Assembly: GCA_036497115.1 (NCBI GenBank)
Contig: DASXJY010000033.1
Location: forward strand, 5,483 to 69,482
DNA: 64,000 nucleotides
Origin: Solirubrobacteraceae bacterium
GTDB lineage: Bacteria; Actinomycetota; Thermoleophilia; Solirubrobacterales; Solirubrobacteraceae
Direction: 5' to 3'
Numbering within the stretch: position 1 is the first letter of the stretch; the number at the start of each line of letters is the position of its first letter. The notes under the pieces are model-generated. The model did not search any database. It was not told the DNA's origin and saw only the letters and a program-made list of their open reading frames with translations. This document shows positions 8,470 through 17,832 of the stretch, in pieces. A program made the position numbers and the translations under genes.

Positions 8470-9774
8470 CTAGTAGGGGTGGCCCGGGAGGCCCGGGCCC
8501 AGCTGGTCGTTGGCGTTCTGGGCCAGCTGCACCGCTCGTGCCGGCCAGAAGACGCCACCCGGCGGCCCCCCGCCGCAGCCGCTGCTGTTGCCCGGGGGAT
8601 GGGTCCACATGAAGGCGTCGGCGGATTGGGAGCCCGTGCTGGTGGTGTCCGGGATGCCGAGCCCTCGCCCCGGTGGGTTACAGAGATTCTCTGGCCCCTG
8701 AGTGCTGGGGTGGGGGTTCAGCAGCGGGCCGCGGCCGTTCTGCGCGGTGTTGACGATGAAGTGGGCGCCGTGGGTCAGTCTGGAGATCCTGGTGTCCCAG
8801 CGGACCTCGCTGCTGGTCCAGTTCTCGTGCGTGTCGTTGGTGAAGAAGCCCCGAATCTTGCCGATCCCGGCCGAGTTGAGCAGCTTGGCGACGTAGCCCA
8901 CCGAGTTGGCGTCCGAGTAGCCGCCCTCCACGTAGACAACCGTGTGGGGCAGCGCCTGCAGCGCGGTCATCTCGAAGCGCAGGGCGCCCGCCCAGGCCGC
9001 GCCACCGCCCTTGCGCAGGATGCAGCTCGACGAACCGACGGCATCCAGCTCGAGTAGGTAGACGGCCGGCCGCCGGTCCGTGGCTGCCGCCATCTCCCCG
9101 ACGCGACGGCGGAACGTCGGTCCGTAGCTCGAGATCTGCCGGGCGGTCGGGCATCCGCCCAGCGCCGGGTGCAGGAAGTAGGTGTTGATGACCGGGATCG
9201 ATCCCGGATCGGCGGTCATGTTGGAGCAGAAGATCTTCTCCGCCTGCTTGAAGATCCCACCGGGACCGCCGCCGTAGGAGTAGATCGAGAAGCGCTGAGC
9301 CTCGGGCTGGGCGGCGATCTTCGAGAGCTCGGCGACCTGATGAGCCAGCCGTGGGTTGGCGGCCAGCTTGGCCGCCAGTGGCCCCGACTGCAGCGACTGC
9401 GCGAACGCCGCCCACGACTCGTCGTTGGCCATCGCCTTGGGATCGAGCCCAACCAACTGGGCAATCGCTCCGGCGGCCGCGCCATGGGCCGGGCCGGGAA
9501 CGAAGAACCTGGCCCCGGCGAGCGGATCGGGACCGGGTGGCGCGGGGAGATCGAGCGGGTTGGCCGGATCCCGGGTCGGCGGGTAGGGCTCCGGGCACTG
9601 CTGGGGATATCCGGCGCCGAGCGCCCGCGACCCGGGGGCGTGGGCGTGGGCCACCGCGGGGGCCAGGACGCCGAAGGCAGCGAGCGCCAGCGCTGCCGCC
9701 ACGATCAGTCCGACAGCCCACCCGGCGGCGAGGTTGCCCTTCACGAGCGCGGCGGAGAACACAGTGTTTTGCAT
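8470..9774 (-). CDS. Secreted glycoside hydrolase family 6-like protein (divergent)
   Basis: Signal-peptide-like segment ending AVAHA. GH6-like motifs LELDA, VNTAQNGRGP, CNPPGRGLG and DAFMWTHPPGNSSGC. Start uncertain. Confidence 0.7.
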   Translation of the reverse strand: MQNTVFSAALVKGNLAAGWAVGLIVAAALALAAFGVLAPAVAHAHAPGSRALGAGYPQQCPEPYPPTRDPANPLDLPAPPGPDPLAGARFFVPGPAHGAAAGAIAQLVGLDPKAMANDESWAAFAQSLQSGPLAAKLAANPRLAHQVAELSKIAAQPEAQRFSIYSYGGGPGGIFKQAEKIFCSNMTADPGSIPVINTYFLHPALGGCPTARQISSYGPTFRRRVGEMAAATDRRPAVYLLELDAVGSSSCILRKGGGAAWAGALRFEMTALQALPHTVVYVEGGYSDANSVGYVAKLLNSAGIGKIRGFFTNDTHENWTSSEVRWDTRISRLTHGAHFIVNTAQNGRGPLLNPHPSTQGPENLCNPPGRGLGIPDTTSTGSQSADAFMWTHPPGNSSGCGGGPPGGVFWPARAVQLAQNANDQLGPGLPGHPY

Positions 9775-9983
9775 CGACCCGAGCGCGCCGTACTGGAGGT
9801 TGGGTCAGGTGTGTCCAGAGTCGCTGGACACCCTGCTGGTGCCGGGCGGCGTCGGGCGGCCGGTTGACCGCCACCGACGCAGCGCGAGAGCGGTGCTTCA
9901 CACCGATCGGCGGGATGGGATTTTCTCCCGGGGTCCTATAGCCTCGCCGCAAAAGCAAGATCACTAGGCAGCGAGGAGTCTGA

Positions 9984-10385
9984 ATGCTGTTCGGCGAAGA
10001 GCACGTGAAGCGCTATAGGGAGACTGGGGGCGTCGAGGGCCACGATTGGCAGGGCACAACCGTCCTGATCCTGACCACCAAGGGCCGCCGCTCTGGCACC
10101 GAGCGCGACACGCCCCTGATCTACGGTCAGCACGGAGACGACTACATGGTCGTCGGCTCCAAGGGAGGGGCCGATGGGCACCCCGCCTGGTATCTCAACC
10201 TGGAGGCCGATCCCGACGTCGAGGTGCAGGTGCGCGACGACCGCTTCCGGGCCCGGGCCCGCACGGCGTCGGCCGAGGAGAAGCCGGAGCTGTGGCAGAC
10301 GATGGTCCAGCGCTGGCCGCAGTACGAGGAGTACCAGCGCAAGACCTCGCGCGAGATCCCGGTCGTCGTGCTCGAGCGCTCCTGA
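9984..10385 (+). CDS. Deazaflavin (F420)-dependent oxidoreductase, nitroreductase/Ddn family
   Basis: LTTKGRRSG..R.TPL, SKGG...HPAWYLNL, YQRKTSREIPVVVL; GAGGAG RBS. Confidence 0.9.
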   Translation: MLFGEEHVKRYRETGGVEGHDWQGTTVLILTTKGRRSGTERDTPLIYGQHGDDYMVVGSKGGADGHPAWYLNLEADPDVEVQVRDDRFRARARTASAEEKPELWQTMVQRWPQYEEYQRKTSREIPVVVLERS

Positions 10386-11698
10386 CCCGTCCGCTCCCCG
10401 ATTGGTCGGGGCGCCGGCTTCACTTCGTCGGCATCGGCGGCGCCGGCATGAGCGGGCTGGCGCTGATCGCCCACGAGCTCGGCGCCGAGGTCACGGGCTC
10501 AGACCGCGCCGACTCGAGCTACGCCGAGCGGCTGCGCGCCCGCGGCATCGAGCCGATCCTCCACCACTCCAGCGAGAACGTGCCCCCCGGGGCGGAGGTC
10601 GTGTACTCGACGGCGATCGGTCCTGAGAACCCCGAGCGCGGGGTGGCCCGACGCCCTCTTCATCGGGCCGACCTGCTGGCCGAGATCGCGGCGCTGAAGC
10701 GGTGTCTCGCCGTCACCGGGACCCACGGCAAGACCACCACGGCGGCGATGGCGGTCCACGCCTTGACCGGCGCTGGACTCGATCCCGCCTACGTGGTGGG
10801 GGGCGAGCTGCGCTCGACGGGCTCCAACGCGGGCTGGGGAACGGGGGAGTGGATCGTGGTCGAGGCCGACGAATCGGACCGCTCGCTGCTCAAGCTCGAC
10901 CCCGAGATCGCCGTGCTGACCAACGCCGAGCTCGACCACCACTCCACCTACGCCTCCCGGCTGGAGCTCGAGGACACCTTCCGTGCCTTCATGGGCGGGG
11001 CGGGGGAGGGGGCGGTCGTCTGGGACCGCCCGCAGCTGCGCGCGCTGTGTCCGCCCGGCGCCACTGCCTACGACGCCCCCGACCCGGTGCTGGGGCCCGC
11101 CGGGTCGCGCTTTCGCTGGCGAGAGGTTGAAGTCAGGCTCACGGTCCCCGGGGCCCACAACGCGATCAACGCGGCCGGAGCGCTCACCGCCTGCGCCCTG
11201 GCCGGTGCCGACGCCGTCAGCGCGGTGGATGCGCTGGCCGACTTCAAGGGGGCTCGGCGGCGCCTGGAGCAGCTCGGCGAGACGGCCACCGGCGCCGCCG
11301 TGTACGACGACTACGCCCACCATCCGACCGAGGTGGCGGCGGCGATCGCGGCGGTCAGAACCCTGGCTCCGGGACGCGTCGTGGCCGTGTTTCAGCCGCA
11401 CCTTTACTCGCGCACGCGGGCGCTCGCCGCGGACTTCGGCCGCGCGCTGGCCGCCGCCGACCTGGTGGTGGTGCTCCCGGTCTACGCGGCCCGGGAGCTG
11501 GCCAGCGATTTCCCGGGGGTGGAGGGGAGGTTGATCGCCGCGGCGGCGGCGGATGCTCCACAGCGGCGGACGGTGGCGTGGATGCCGGGCTTTGACCCCG
11601 CGCGCACCTGGTTGAGCCACCGCCTGCGTCCCGGCGACGTGTGTCTGCTGATGGGCGCCGGCGACGTCGATTCGCTGGCCCGATCGCTCGTGGCCTAG
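10382..11698 (+). CDS. murC: UDP-N-acetylmuramate--L-alanine ligase
   Basis: HFVGIGGAGMSG, GTHGKTTT, EADESD, DDYAHHPTE, FQPHLYSRT, MGAGD. Start uncertain: CTG 10382 overlapping the upstream TGA, or GTG 10292. Confidence 0.92.
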   Translation: MTRPLPDWSGRRLHFVGIGGAGMSGLALIAHELGAEVTGSDRADSSYAERLRARGIEPILHHSSENVPPGAEVVYSTAIGPENPERGVARRPLHRADLLAEIAALKRCLAVTGTHGKTTTAAMAVHALTGAGLDPAYVVGGELRSTGSNAGWGTGEWIVVEADESDRSLLKLDPEIAVLTNAELDHHSTYASRLELEDTFRAFMGGAGEGAVVWDRPQLRALCPPGATAYDAPDPVLGPAGSRFRWREVEVRLTVPGAHNAINAAGALTACALAGADAVSAVDALADFKGARRRLEQLGETATGAAVYDDYAHHPTEVAAAIAAVRTLAPGRVVAVFQPHLYSRTRALAADFGRALAAADLVVVLPVYAARELASDFPGVEGRLIAAAAADAPQRRTVAWMPGFDPARTWLSHRLRPGDVCLLMGAGDVDSLARSLVA

Positions 11699-11789
11699 CC
11701 AACGCACGGAGCCCGCCGGGCCGCCGGTCGCGGCGAGCCCCACCGGGGGATGGGGTGCTGCCGGTCGGCCTTCTACCCTGCGCTCGGTC

Positions 11790-12707
11790 ATGTCCGATCT
11801 GCCCACCGGGGTCACGCGCGGTTTCCCATTGGCGCGGCTGACGACGATTCGCGCCGGCGGTCCCGCCGAGCTGTTCGCGCGGCCGGGCACGGTTGCCGAG
11901 CTCGAGACGCTGCTGGGCTGGGCCGAGGAGCACAGAATCGAGGTAGGGGTAGTCGGCTCGGGGTCGAACCTCCTGGTGGCGGACGCCGGGGTCCGCGGAT
12001 TGGTGCTGAAACTTGACCAGGAACTGAGCGCGATCGAACTGGACGGCACGCGGATCAACTGCGGCGGCGGGGCGCGCCTACCCGCCGTCTCGGCGCGAGC
12101 GGCCAGGGCGGGTCTGAGCGGGATCGAGTTCGGGGTGAACATCCCCGGGACCGTCGGAGGCGCGGTCAAGATGAACGCCAACGCGTACGGCGGCGAGCTG
12201 GCCCGCGCGCTGCACTGGGTCGACGTGACCAGCGCCGCGGGAACCGAGCGGCGATCGCCCGAGCGGCTCGGGTTCGCCTACCGGCGCTCGGCGCTGGGCC
12301 GGGGTGAGATCGTGGCCCGGGCCGGGTTCGCGCTGCACCGCGCGCCGCCCGAGGAGGTCCGCGAGACGCTCGCCGACATGCGCCGCCGCCGCAGGGAGGC
12401 GCAGCCGTCGGGGATCAAGACTTTCGGCTCGACGTTCAAGAATCCCGGCGACCCGCGCGCCGAGGGTCGTAGCGCCGGCCAGCTGCTGCAGGCCGCCGGC
12501 TGCCAGGGCCTGAGGGTCGGCGGCGCTGCCTTCTCCAGCAAGCACGCCAACTTCGTCGAGAACCTCGGCGACGCCAGCACCGCCGACGTGGTGGAGCTGA
12601 TGGCCGCCGGCCGCCGGCGCGTCAAAAAGCAGTTCGGCGTCGAGCTCGAGCCCGAGGTGCAGGCCCTGGGGCCGGTCGACTTCCCAGCCGAGTGGGGGAT
12701 GGGGTGA
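11790..12707 (+). CDS. murB: UDP-N-acetylenolpyruvoylglucosamine reductase
   Basis: GGPA, GSGSNLLV, IPGTVGGAVKMNA, FGSTFKNP, KHANF, LEPEV. Confidence 0.95.
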   Translation: MSDLPTGVTRGFPLARLTTIRAGGPAELFARPGTVAELETLLGWAEEHRIEVGVVGSGSNLLVADAGVRGLVLKLDQELSAIELDGTRINCGGGARLPAVSARAARAGLSGIEFGVNIPGTVGGAVKMNANAYGGELARALHWVDVTSAAGTERRSPERLGFAYRRSALGRGEIVARAGFALHRAPPEEVRETLADMRRRRREAQPSGIKTFGSTFKNPGDPRAEGRSAGQLLQAAGCQGLRVGGAAFSSKHANFVENLGDASTADVVELMAAGRRRVKKQFGVELEPEVQALGPVDFPAEWGMG

Positions 12708-13648
12708 TCGGCGGCGGTCGATCCGAGGGCCTGCTGGGGCGCGGCCGGGCCGGCTTGGGGCGGCGGGGCCGCCGGGGACGGGGCCGCGGCCGGCTGGGGC
12801 AGCGCAGTGGTCCCGCGGCGTCCAGGTTCAGCTCGCACGAGGGCCGGCCGCGGGGGAGGTTCGCGCGGGTGCCCCGGCCGGGTCCACGGACGGTGATCGC
12901 GCTGGTGGCGCTCTTGGCGGTGCTCGGCGGTGGCTGGTTGTGGCTGCGCGATTCGTCGCTGGTGGCGGTGCGGCGTGTCCAGGTCACCGGCGCCCACGGC
13001 GCCGACGCGGCTCAGGTCCGCTCGGCCCTGGTCGCGGCGGCGCGCAACATGACCACGCTCGACGTGAAGATGAAGCAGCTGCGGATGGCCGTCGCGCCGT
13101 ACCCCGTGGTCAAGAGCCTCGAGGTCGACACGCAATTTCCCCACGGGCTGCGGATCCACGTCGTCGAGCAGGTCCCGGTGGCGGTCGTCGACGCCGGGGG
13201 ACGCCGGACGGCGGTATCGGGCGACGGAACCCTGCTGCACGATGTTGCCGCCCCGGCGGCGCTGCCGACGATCTCGCTCGGGGTCCCGCCCGGGGGCACG
13301 CACCTGACCGGCTACGCGCTCAGCGAGGTGCGGCTGCTGGCCGCGGCTCCGTACCAGCTGCTGGCCAAGCTCAGCCAGGTCTCGGATGGGCCGGCTCACG
13401 GGCTGGTCGCCGAGCTTCGCAACGGCCCCAGCATCTACTTCGGCGACTCGCATCGACTGGGGGCCAAGTGGACGGCCGCGGCGGACGTGCTCTCGGACCC
13501 CGGCTCCACCGGGGCGGTCTACCTCGACGTGACCGACCCCAGCCGCCCGGCGGCCGGAGCGGGAAGCGACACCACCGCCTCGATCGCCTCCGCGGGTGCC
13601 GGGAGCCCCGCGGCCGCCACGTCCCCGAGCACCGTCAGCGGACACTAA
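12704..13648 (+). CDS. ftsQ: Cell division protein FtsQ/DivIB
   Basis: Arg-rich N-terminus, a single TM, then a POTRA-like region (VQVTG...P.VKSLEV...FPHGLRIHVVE..PVA) and YLDV near the C-terminus. It lies between murB and ftsZ with a GTGA overlap. Confidence 0.8.
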   Translation: MIGGGRSEGLLGRGRAGLGRRGRRGRGRGRLGQRSGPAASRFSSHEGRPRGRFARVPRPGPRTVIALVALLAVLGGGWLWLRDSSLVAVRRVQVTGAHGADAAQVRSALVAAARNMTTLDVKMKQLRMAVAPYPVVKSLEVDTQFPHGLRIHVVEQVPVAVVDAGGRRTAVSGDGTLLHDVAAPAALPTISLGVPPGGTHLTGYALSEVRLLAAAPYQLLAKLSQVSDGPAHGLVAELRNGPSIYFGDSHRLGAKWTAAADVLSDPGSTGAVYLDVTDPSRPAAGAGSDTTASIASAGAGSPAAATSPSTVSGH

Positions 13649-13832
13649 CCCTCAACCATAGGTCGACTGTAGGTCGGGAGCCAACTCTAGGTCCCGAATC
13701 GAGAGTTAGGCGTTCTGCAACGTTCGTTGCGGATCGGCGACGGCGTTGACTTCGGCTCTGTCCAGGGCATAACGTGCCAAACTGCGAGATTCACGAACGC
13801 ACGTATAAAACTCTCAACCGTAGATAGAGGGT
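13647..13832 (+). promoter_or_regulatory. ftsZ promoter region: TTGACT-N18-TAACGT (13746-13775) flanked by related operator-like motifs
   Basis: Near-consensus -35/-10. AACCCTCAACCATAGGTCGA (13647-13666) and AACTCTCAACCGTAGATAGA (13809-13828) match at 16/20. Palindrome AACTCT-N13-AGAGTT at 13683-13707. Confidence 0.65.
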
Positions 13833-13844
13833 CGGACGGAAGAC

Positions 13845-14930
13845 ATGGAGAGCGGAAGCTATCTAGCAGTCATCAAAGTGGTCGGCATCGGCGGCGGCGG
13901 CACCAACGCCGTCAACCGGATGGTCGATGCCGGGCTCCGGGGCGTGGAGTTCGTGGCCTGCAACACCGACGCACAGGCGCTGGCGATGTGCGACGCCGAC
14001 ATCAAGCTGAACATCGGCCACGAGCTGACCAAGGGATTGGGCGCCGGGTCGAACCCCGACATCGGACACGGCGCCGCCGCCGAATCCCGGGATGACATCA
14101 AGGAGGCTCTCAAGGGCGCCGACATGGTGTTCGTCACCGCGGGTGAGGGTGGCGGGACCGGGACCGGTGCGGCGCCGGTGATCGCCGAGATCGCCAAGAA
14201 CGAGATCGGGGCGCTCACCGTGGGCGTGGTCACGAGGCCGTTCTCCTTCGAGGGAACCCAGCGAGCCCGCCAGGCCCACGAGGGGATACAGCGGCTGCGC
14301 GACAACGTCGACACGCTGATAACGATTCCCAACGAGAAGCTGCTGGCGATCGTGGAGCGGCGGACTTCGATCCTCGACGCGTTCCGCGAGGCCGACAACG
14401 TGCTGCGCCAGGGCGTCCAGGGAATCACCGACCTGATCACGATCCCGGGGCTCATCAACCTGGACTTCGCCGACGTGCGGACGATCATGCACGACGCCGG
14501 AAGCGCGCTGATGGGGATCGGGACCGCGGCGGGAGAAAACCGGGCGGCCGAGGCGGCCAAGGTGGCGATCTCCTCGCCCCTGCTGGAGGAGTCGGTGGAG
14601 GGGGCCATGGGAATCCTGCTCAACATCACCGGCGGCCACGACCTGGGCCTGTTCGAGGTCAACGAGGCGGCCGAGATCGTCCAGGGCGCTGCGGACACCA
14701 ACTCCAACATCATCTTTGGAGCGGTGATCGACGACGCGCTCGGCGACGAGGTTCGGGTGACGGTTATCGCCACCGGCTTTGACCACGGCCATCGCAGCCC
14801 GAGCACGGCGCGCGAGGCCACTCGCCGAGAGCGCCGCGACCGCGACGTCACGATGGACGACCGCCAGCGCTCGTCGCTCGAGATCGGCGACGACGAGATC
14901 GACATCCCGTCGTTCCTCAAGGACCGCTAG
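13845..14930 (+). CDS. ftsZ: Cell division protein FtsZ
   Basis: [22 protein letters not shown] tubulin motif, INLDFADV, C-terminal DIPSFLK. Confidence 0.99.
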   Translation: MESGSYLAVIKVVGIGGGGTNAVNRMVDAGLRGVEFVACNTDAQALAMCDADIKLNIGHELTKGLGAGSNPDIGHGAAAESRDDIKEALKGADMVFVTAGEGGGTGTGAAPVIAEIAKNEIGALTVGVVTRPFSFEGTQRARQAHEGIQRLRDNVDTLITIPNEKLLAIVERRTSILDAFREADNVLRQGVQGITDLITIPGLINLDFADVRTIMHDAGSALMGIGTAAGENRAAEAAKVAISSPLLEESVEGAMGILLNITGGHDLGLFEVNEAAEIVQGAADTNSNIIFGAVIDDALGDEVRVTVIATGFDHGHRSPSTAREATRRERRDRDVTMDDRQRSSLEIGDDEIDIPSFLKDR

Positions 14931-14994
14931 GCCAGACCGTGGTGGCGAGCTCCGCCGGCCCGATCCGGTGGCAGCTTGAGCTAGCCTGCCGGTA

Positions 14995-16074
14995 GTGACC
15001 CCGGTCGCTGAGACTCTTCGGCGTACCCCCCTCTATCAGCGCCACCAGGCGGCAGGGGCGAAGCTGGTCCCCTTCGCGGGCTGGGAGATGCCAGTCCAGT
15101 ACGCCGGGATTCGCGAAGAGCATCTGGCGGTCCGCCGCCACGCCGGCCTCTTCGATGTCTCGCACATGGGCCAGATCGAAACCCGGGGCCCCGAGTCGCT
15201 GGACTTCCTGCAGCGACTGCTCTCCAACGACGTCCGTCGCCTGCCCGAGGGCGGCGCCCAGTACAGCGTCCTGTGCAACGACAGCGGCGGCGTCCTCGAC
15301 GACCTGTTCAGCTACCGCCTGGCCGAGTGCCACTACCTGACGGTCACCAACGCCGCCAACCACGAACGGGACTTCGCCTGGTTTACCTCGCACGCGGCAC
15401 CCTTCGACGTCGACGTGCTCGACCACCGCGACGACTTCGCGATGCTCGCGCTGCAGGGCCCCGGGGCCCGCGCCCTGTTGGCCGGACTGACCGATGGCGG
15501 CCTGCCGTCACGGATGCACTGCTGCCAGCGCACCGTCGCCGAGGTCCCGATGCTGGTCTGCGGGACCGGCTACACCGGCGAGGATGGCGTCGAGCTGCTG
15601 CTCGACCCCGCGCAGGCCCCCGTGGTCTGGGATGCGCTGGTCGCCGCCGGCGCCCGGCCGGCCGGTCTGGGCGCCCGCGACACCCTGCGCCTCGAAGCCG
15701 GCTTCTGCCTCTACGGCAACGACCTCAGCGAACGGCGCGGGCCGATCGAGGCCGGTCTGGGCTGGTGCTGCTCGGAGCCGACGGGCTTCATCGGCGCCGA
15801 CAAGGTGGCTGCCGCCCGCGCCGCGGGGCCGGCGCAGCGGCTGGTCGCGTTCGAGCTGCGCGACGGAGGTATAGCCAGGCCGGGCAACGCGATCCGCGGC
15901 GGCGGCGAGGTCACCAGCGGCACCTTTTCGCCCTGCCTGAAGCGCGGGATCGGGATGGCCTATGTCCCGGCCGAGCGCTCCGAGCCGGGCGTCGGACTCG
16001 AGATCGACGTCCGGGGAACCGTGCGCAACGGGGTGATCGTCCCCAAGCCCCTCTATAAAAAGGAGTCGACTTAG
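14995..16074 (+). CDS. gcvT: Glycine cleavage system aminomethyltransferase T
   Basis: FAGWEMPVQY, FDVSHMG, TGYTGEDG, GLGARDTLRLEAG. Confidence 0.95.
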   Translation: MTPVAETLRRTPLYQRHQAAGAKLVPFAGWEMPVQYAGIREEHLAVRRHAGLFDVSHMGQIETRGPESLDFLQRLLSNDVRRLPEGGAQYSVLCNDSGGVLDDLFSYRLAECHYLTVTNAANHERDFAWFTSHAAPFDVDVLDHRDDFAMLALQGPGARALLAGLTDGGLPSRMHCCQRTVAEVPMLVCGTGYTGEDGVELLLDPAQAPVVWDALVAAGARPAGLGARDTLRLEAGFCLYGNDLSERRGPIEAGLGWCCSEPTGFIGADKVAAARAAGPAQRLVAFELRDGGIARPGNAIRGGGEVTSGTFSPCLKRGIGMAYVPAERSEPGVGLEIDVRGTVRNGVIVPKPLYKKEST

Positions 16075-16469
16075 TGCCCGATCCCAGCTATCCCGACGAT
16101 CTGCTCTACCACCCTGAGCACGATTGGGCCCGGCTCGACGCCGCCAACCCCGACGAGGCCACCTTCGGCATCACCTGGTACGCCCAGGACGCGCTCGGCG
16201 AGGTCGTCTTCTTCGATCCGCCGGCGATCGGGACCAAGGTGTCCAAGGACACGGCCTACACCGAGGTGGAGTCGGTCAAGGCGGTCTCGGACGTGATATC
16301 CCCGCTGTCGGGCGAGGTGGTCGCGGTCAACGAGTCGCTGGCTGAGAAGCCGGAGACGATCAACGAGGACCCCTACGGGGAGGGGTGGCTGGTCCGCGTG
16401 AAGCTGTCTGACCCCGCCGAGCAGGACGCGCTGCTCGACGCCGCGGCCTACGAGGCGACGCTTGTCTAG
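16074..16469 (+). CDS. gcvH: Glycine cleavage system H protein
   Basis: GITWYAQDALGEVV, lipoyl-Lys motif VESVKAVSD, INEDPYGEGW. Confidence 0.96.
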   Translation: MPDPSYPDDLLYHPEHDWARLDAANPDEATFGITWYAQDALGEVVFFDPPAIGTKVSKDTAYTEVESVKAVSDVISPLSGEVVAVNESLAEKPETINEDPYGEGWLVRVKLSDPAEQDALLDAAAYEATLV

Positions 16470-17832
16470 GTACACCGCCGCCACCCAGGCCGATCGCCGT
16501 GCGATGCTCGCCGCGATCGGCGTGGAGTCGATCGAGGATCTGTTCGCGGACATTCCCGGCGCCCTGCGACTGAGCGAGCCGCTGGGCCTCGGCCGCGGCC
16601 TGGCTGAGCAGGAGGTCTACGACGAGCTTCGGTCTCTGGCCGCACGCAACACCAGCACCGAGGACGAGCTGTCGTTTTTGGGGGCCGGCATGTACGACCA
16701 CTACGTGCCGGCGCTGATCGACTCGATCGTCTCTCGGTCGGAGTTCTTGACCCCATACACGCCCTACCAGCCCGAGGTCTCCCAGGGCGGGTTGCAGGCG
16801 ATGTTCGAGTACCAGACGGCGATCTCGGAGCTGACTGGCCTGCCGTGCTCCAACGCCTCGGTCTACGAAGGCCCCAGCGCCGTGGCCGCCGCCGGTTATG
16901 TGGCCAAGCACGCCGTGGGGCGGCGCCGGTTCGTGGTCTCGGACGGCGTGCACCCCCACTCCCGTGAGACGTTGCGCACGCTGGCCCGGGGGTGGGGGAT
17001 GGAGGTAGAGCCAGCCCCGCTGCACGGCGGGGTGACCGAGCTGCCCGAGCTCGACGACGAGGTCAGCGCGGTGATCGTCCAGCAGCCGAATTTCCTCGGT
17101 GCGGTCGAGGACCTCGAGCACCTTGCCGATACCGCCCGGGCCGCCGGGGCGCTGACGATCTGCGCCTGCGATCCGCTGGCGCTGGCGCTGCTGCGATCCC
17201 CCGGGGAATGCGGGGTCGACATCGCCGTCGGGGAGGGCCAGACGCTCGGCAACCGGCTTGACTTCGGCGGGCCCTCGTTCGGCTTCTTCGCGGTCACCGA
17301 GCCGCTGATCCGGCGGCTTCCGGGGCGCATCGCCGGCGAGACGCACGACGGCGAGGGAAAGCGCGGCTTCGTGCTCACCCTCCAGACCCGCGAGCAGCAC
17401 ATCCGGCGCGAGAAGGCGACTTCGAACATCTGCACCGCCCAGGCGCTCAACGCGCTGGCCGGGGTCATCTACCTGAGCTGGCTGGGACGGCGCGGGATCG
17501 TCGAGCTCGCCGAGCTGATGCTGCAGCGAACCGCCTACGCCCGGGAGCGTCTGACGGCGCTGGATGGCGTCACCGCGATGCACGAGCAGCCGGTGGTGCG
17601 CGAGTTCGCGGTCGCGCTCGACGCGCCCGTGGAGCGGGTGATCGAGCGGTGCCGCAAGCAGGGGGTGAATCCCGGCTACCCGCTGGACCGCGACTACCCC
17701 CAGCTCGAGTCCGGGCTGCTGGTGGCGATCACCGAGCGGCGGACCCGCGAGGAGATCGACCGGCTGGCCGACGTGCTCGAGCAGGCGGTCGGCGCCGAGC
17801 GCCGCCGGACCTACGAGCGGGTCGGATCGTGA
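16462..17832 (+). CDS. gcvPA: Glycine dehydrogenase subunit 1
   Basis: FLGAGMYDH, YTPYQPEVSQG, TREQHIRREKATSNICT; TTG start. Confidence 0.95.
   Translation: MSRYTAATQADRRAMLAAIGVESIEDLFADIPGALRLSEPLGLGRGLAEQEVYDELRSLAARNTSTEDELSFLGAGMYDHYVPALIDSIVSRSEFLTPYTPYQPEVSQGGLQAMFEYQTAISELTGLPCSNASVYEGPSAVAAAGYVAKHAVGRRRFVVSDGVHPHSRETLRTLARGWGMEVEPAPLHGGVTELPELDDEVSAVIVQQPNFLGAVEDLEHLADTARAAGALTICACDPLALALLRSPGECGVDIAVGEGQTLGNRLDFGGPSFGFFAVTEPLIRRLPGRIAGETHDGEGKRGFVLTLQTREQHIRREKATSNICTAQALNALAGVIYLSWLGRRGIVELAELMLQRTAYARERLTALDGVTAMHEQPVVREFAVALDAPVERVIERCRKQGVNPGYPLDRDYPQLESGLLVAITERRTREEIDRLADVLEQAVGAERRRTYERVGS

Noticed and set aside
14931-14994. Glycine riboswitch upstream of gcvT
   Set aside because: The gap is only 64 bp, has no recognisable aptamer, and has a leaderless-type -10 directly before the start.
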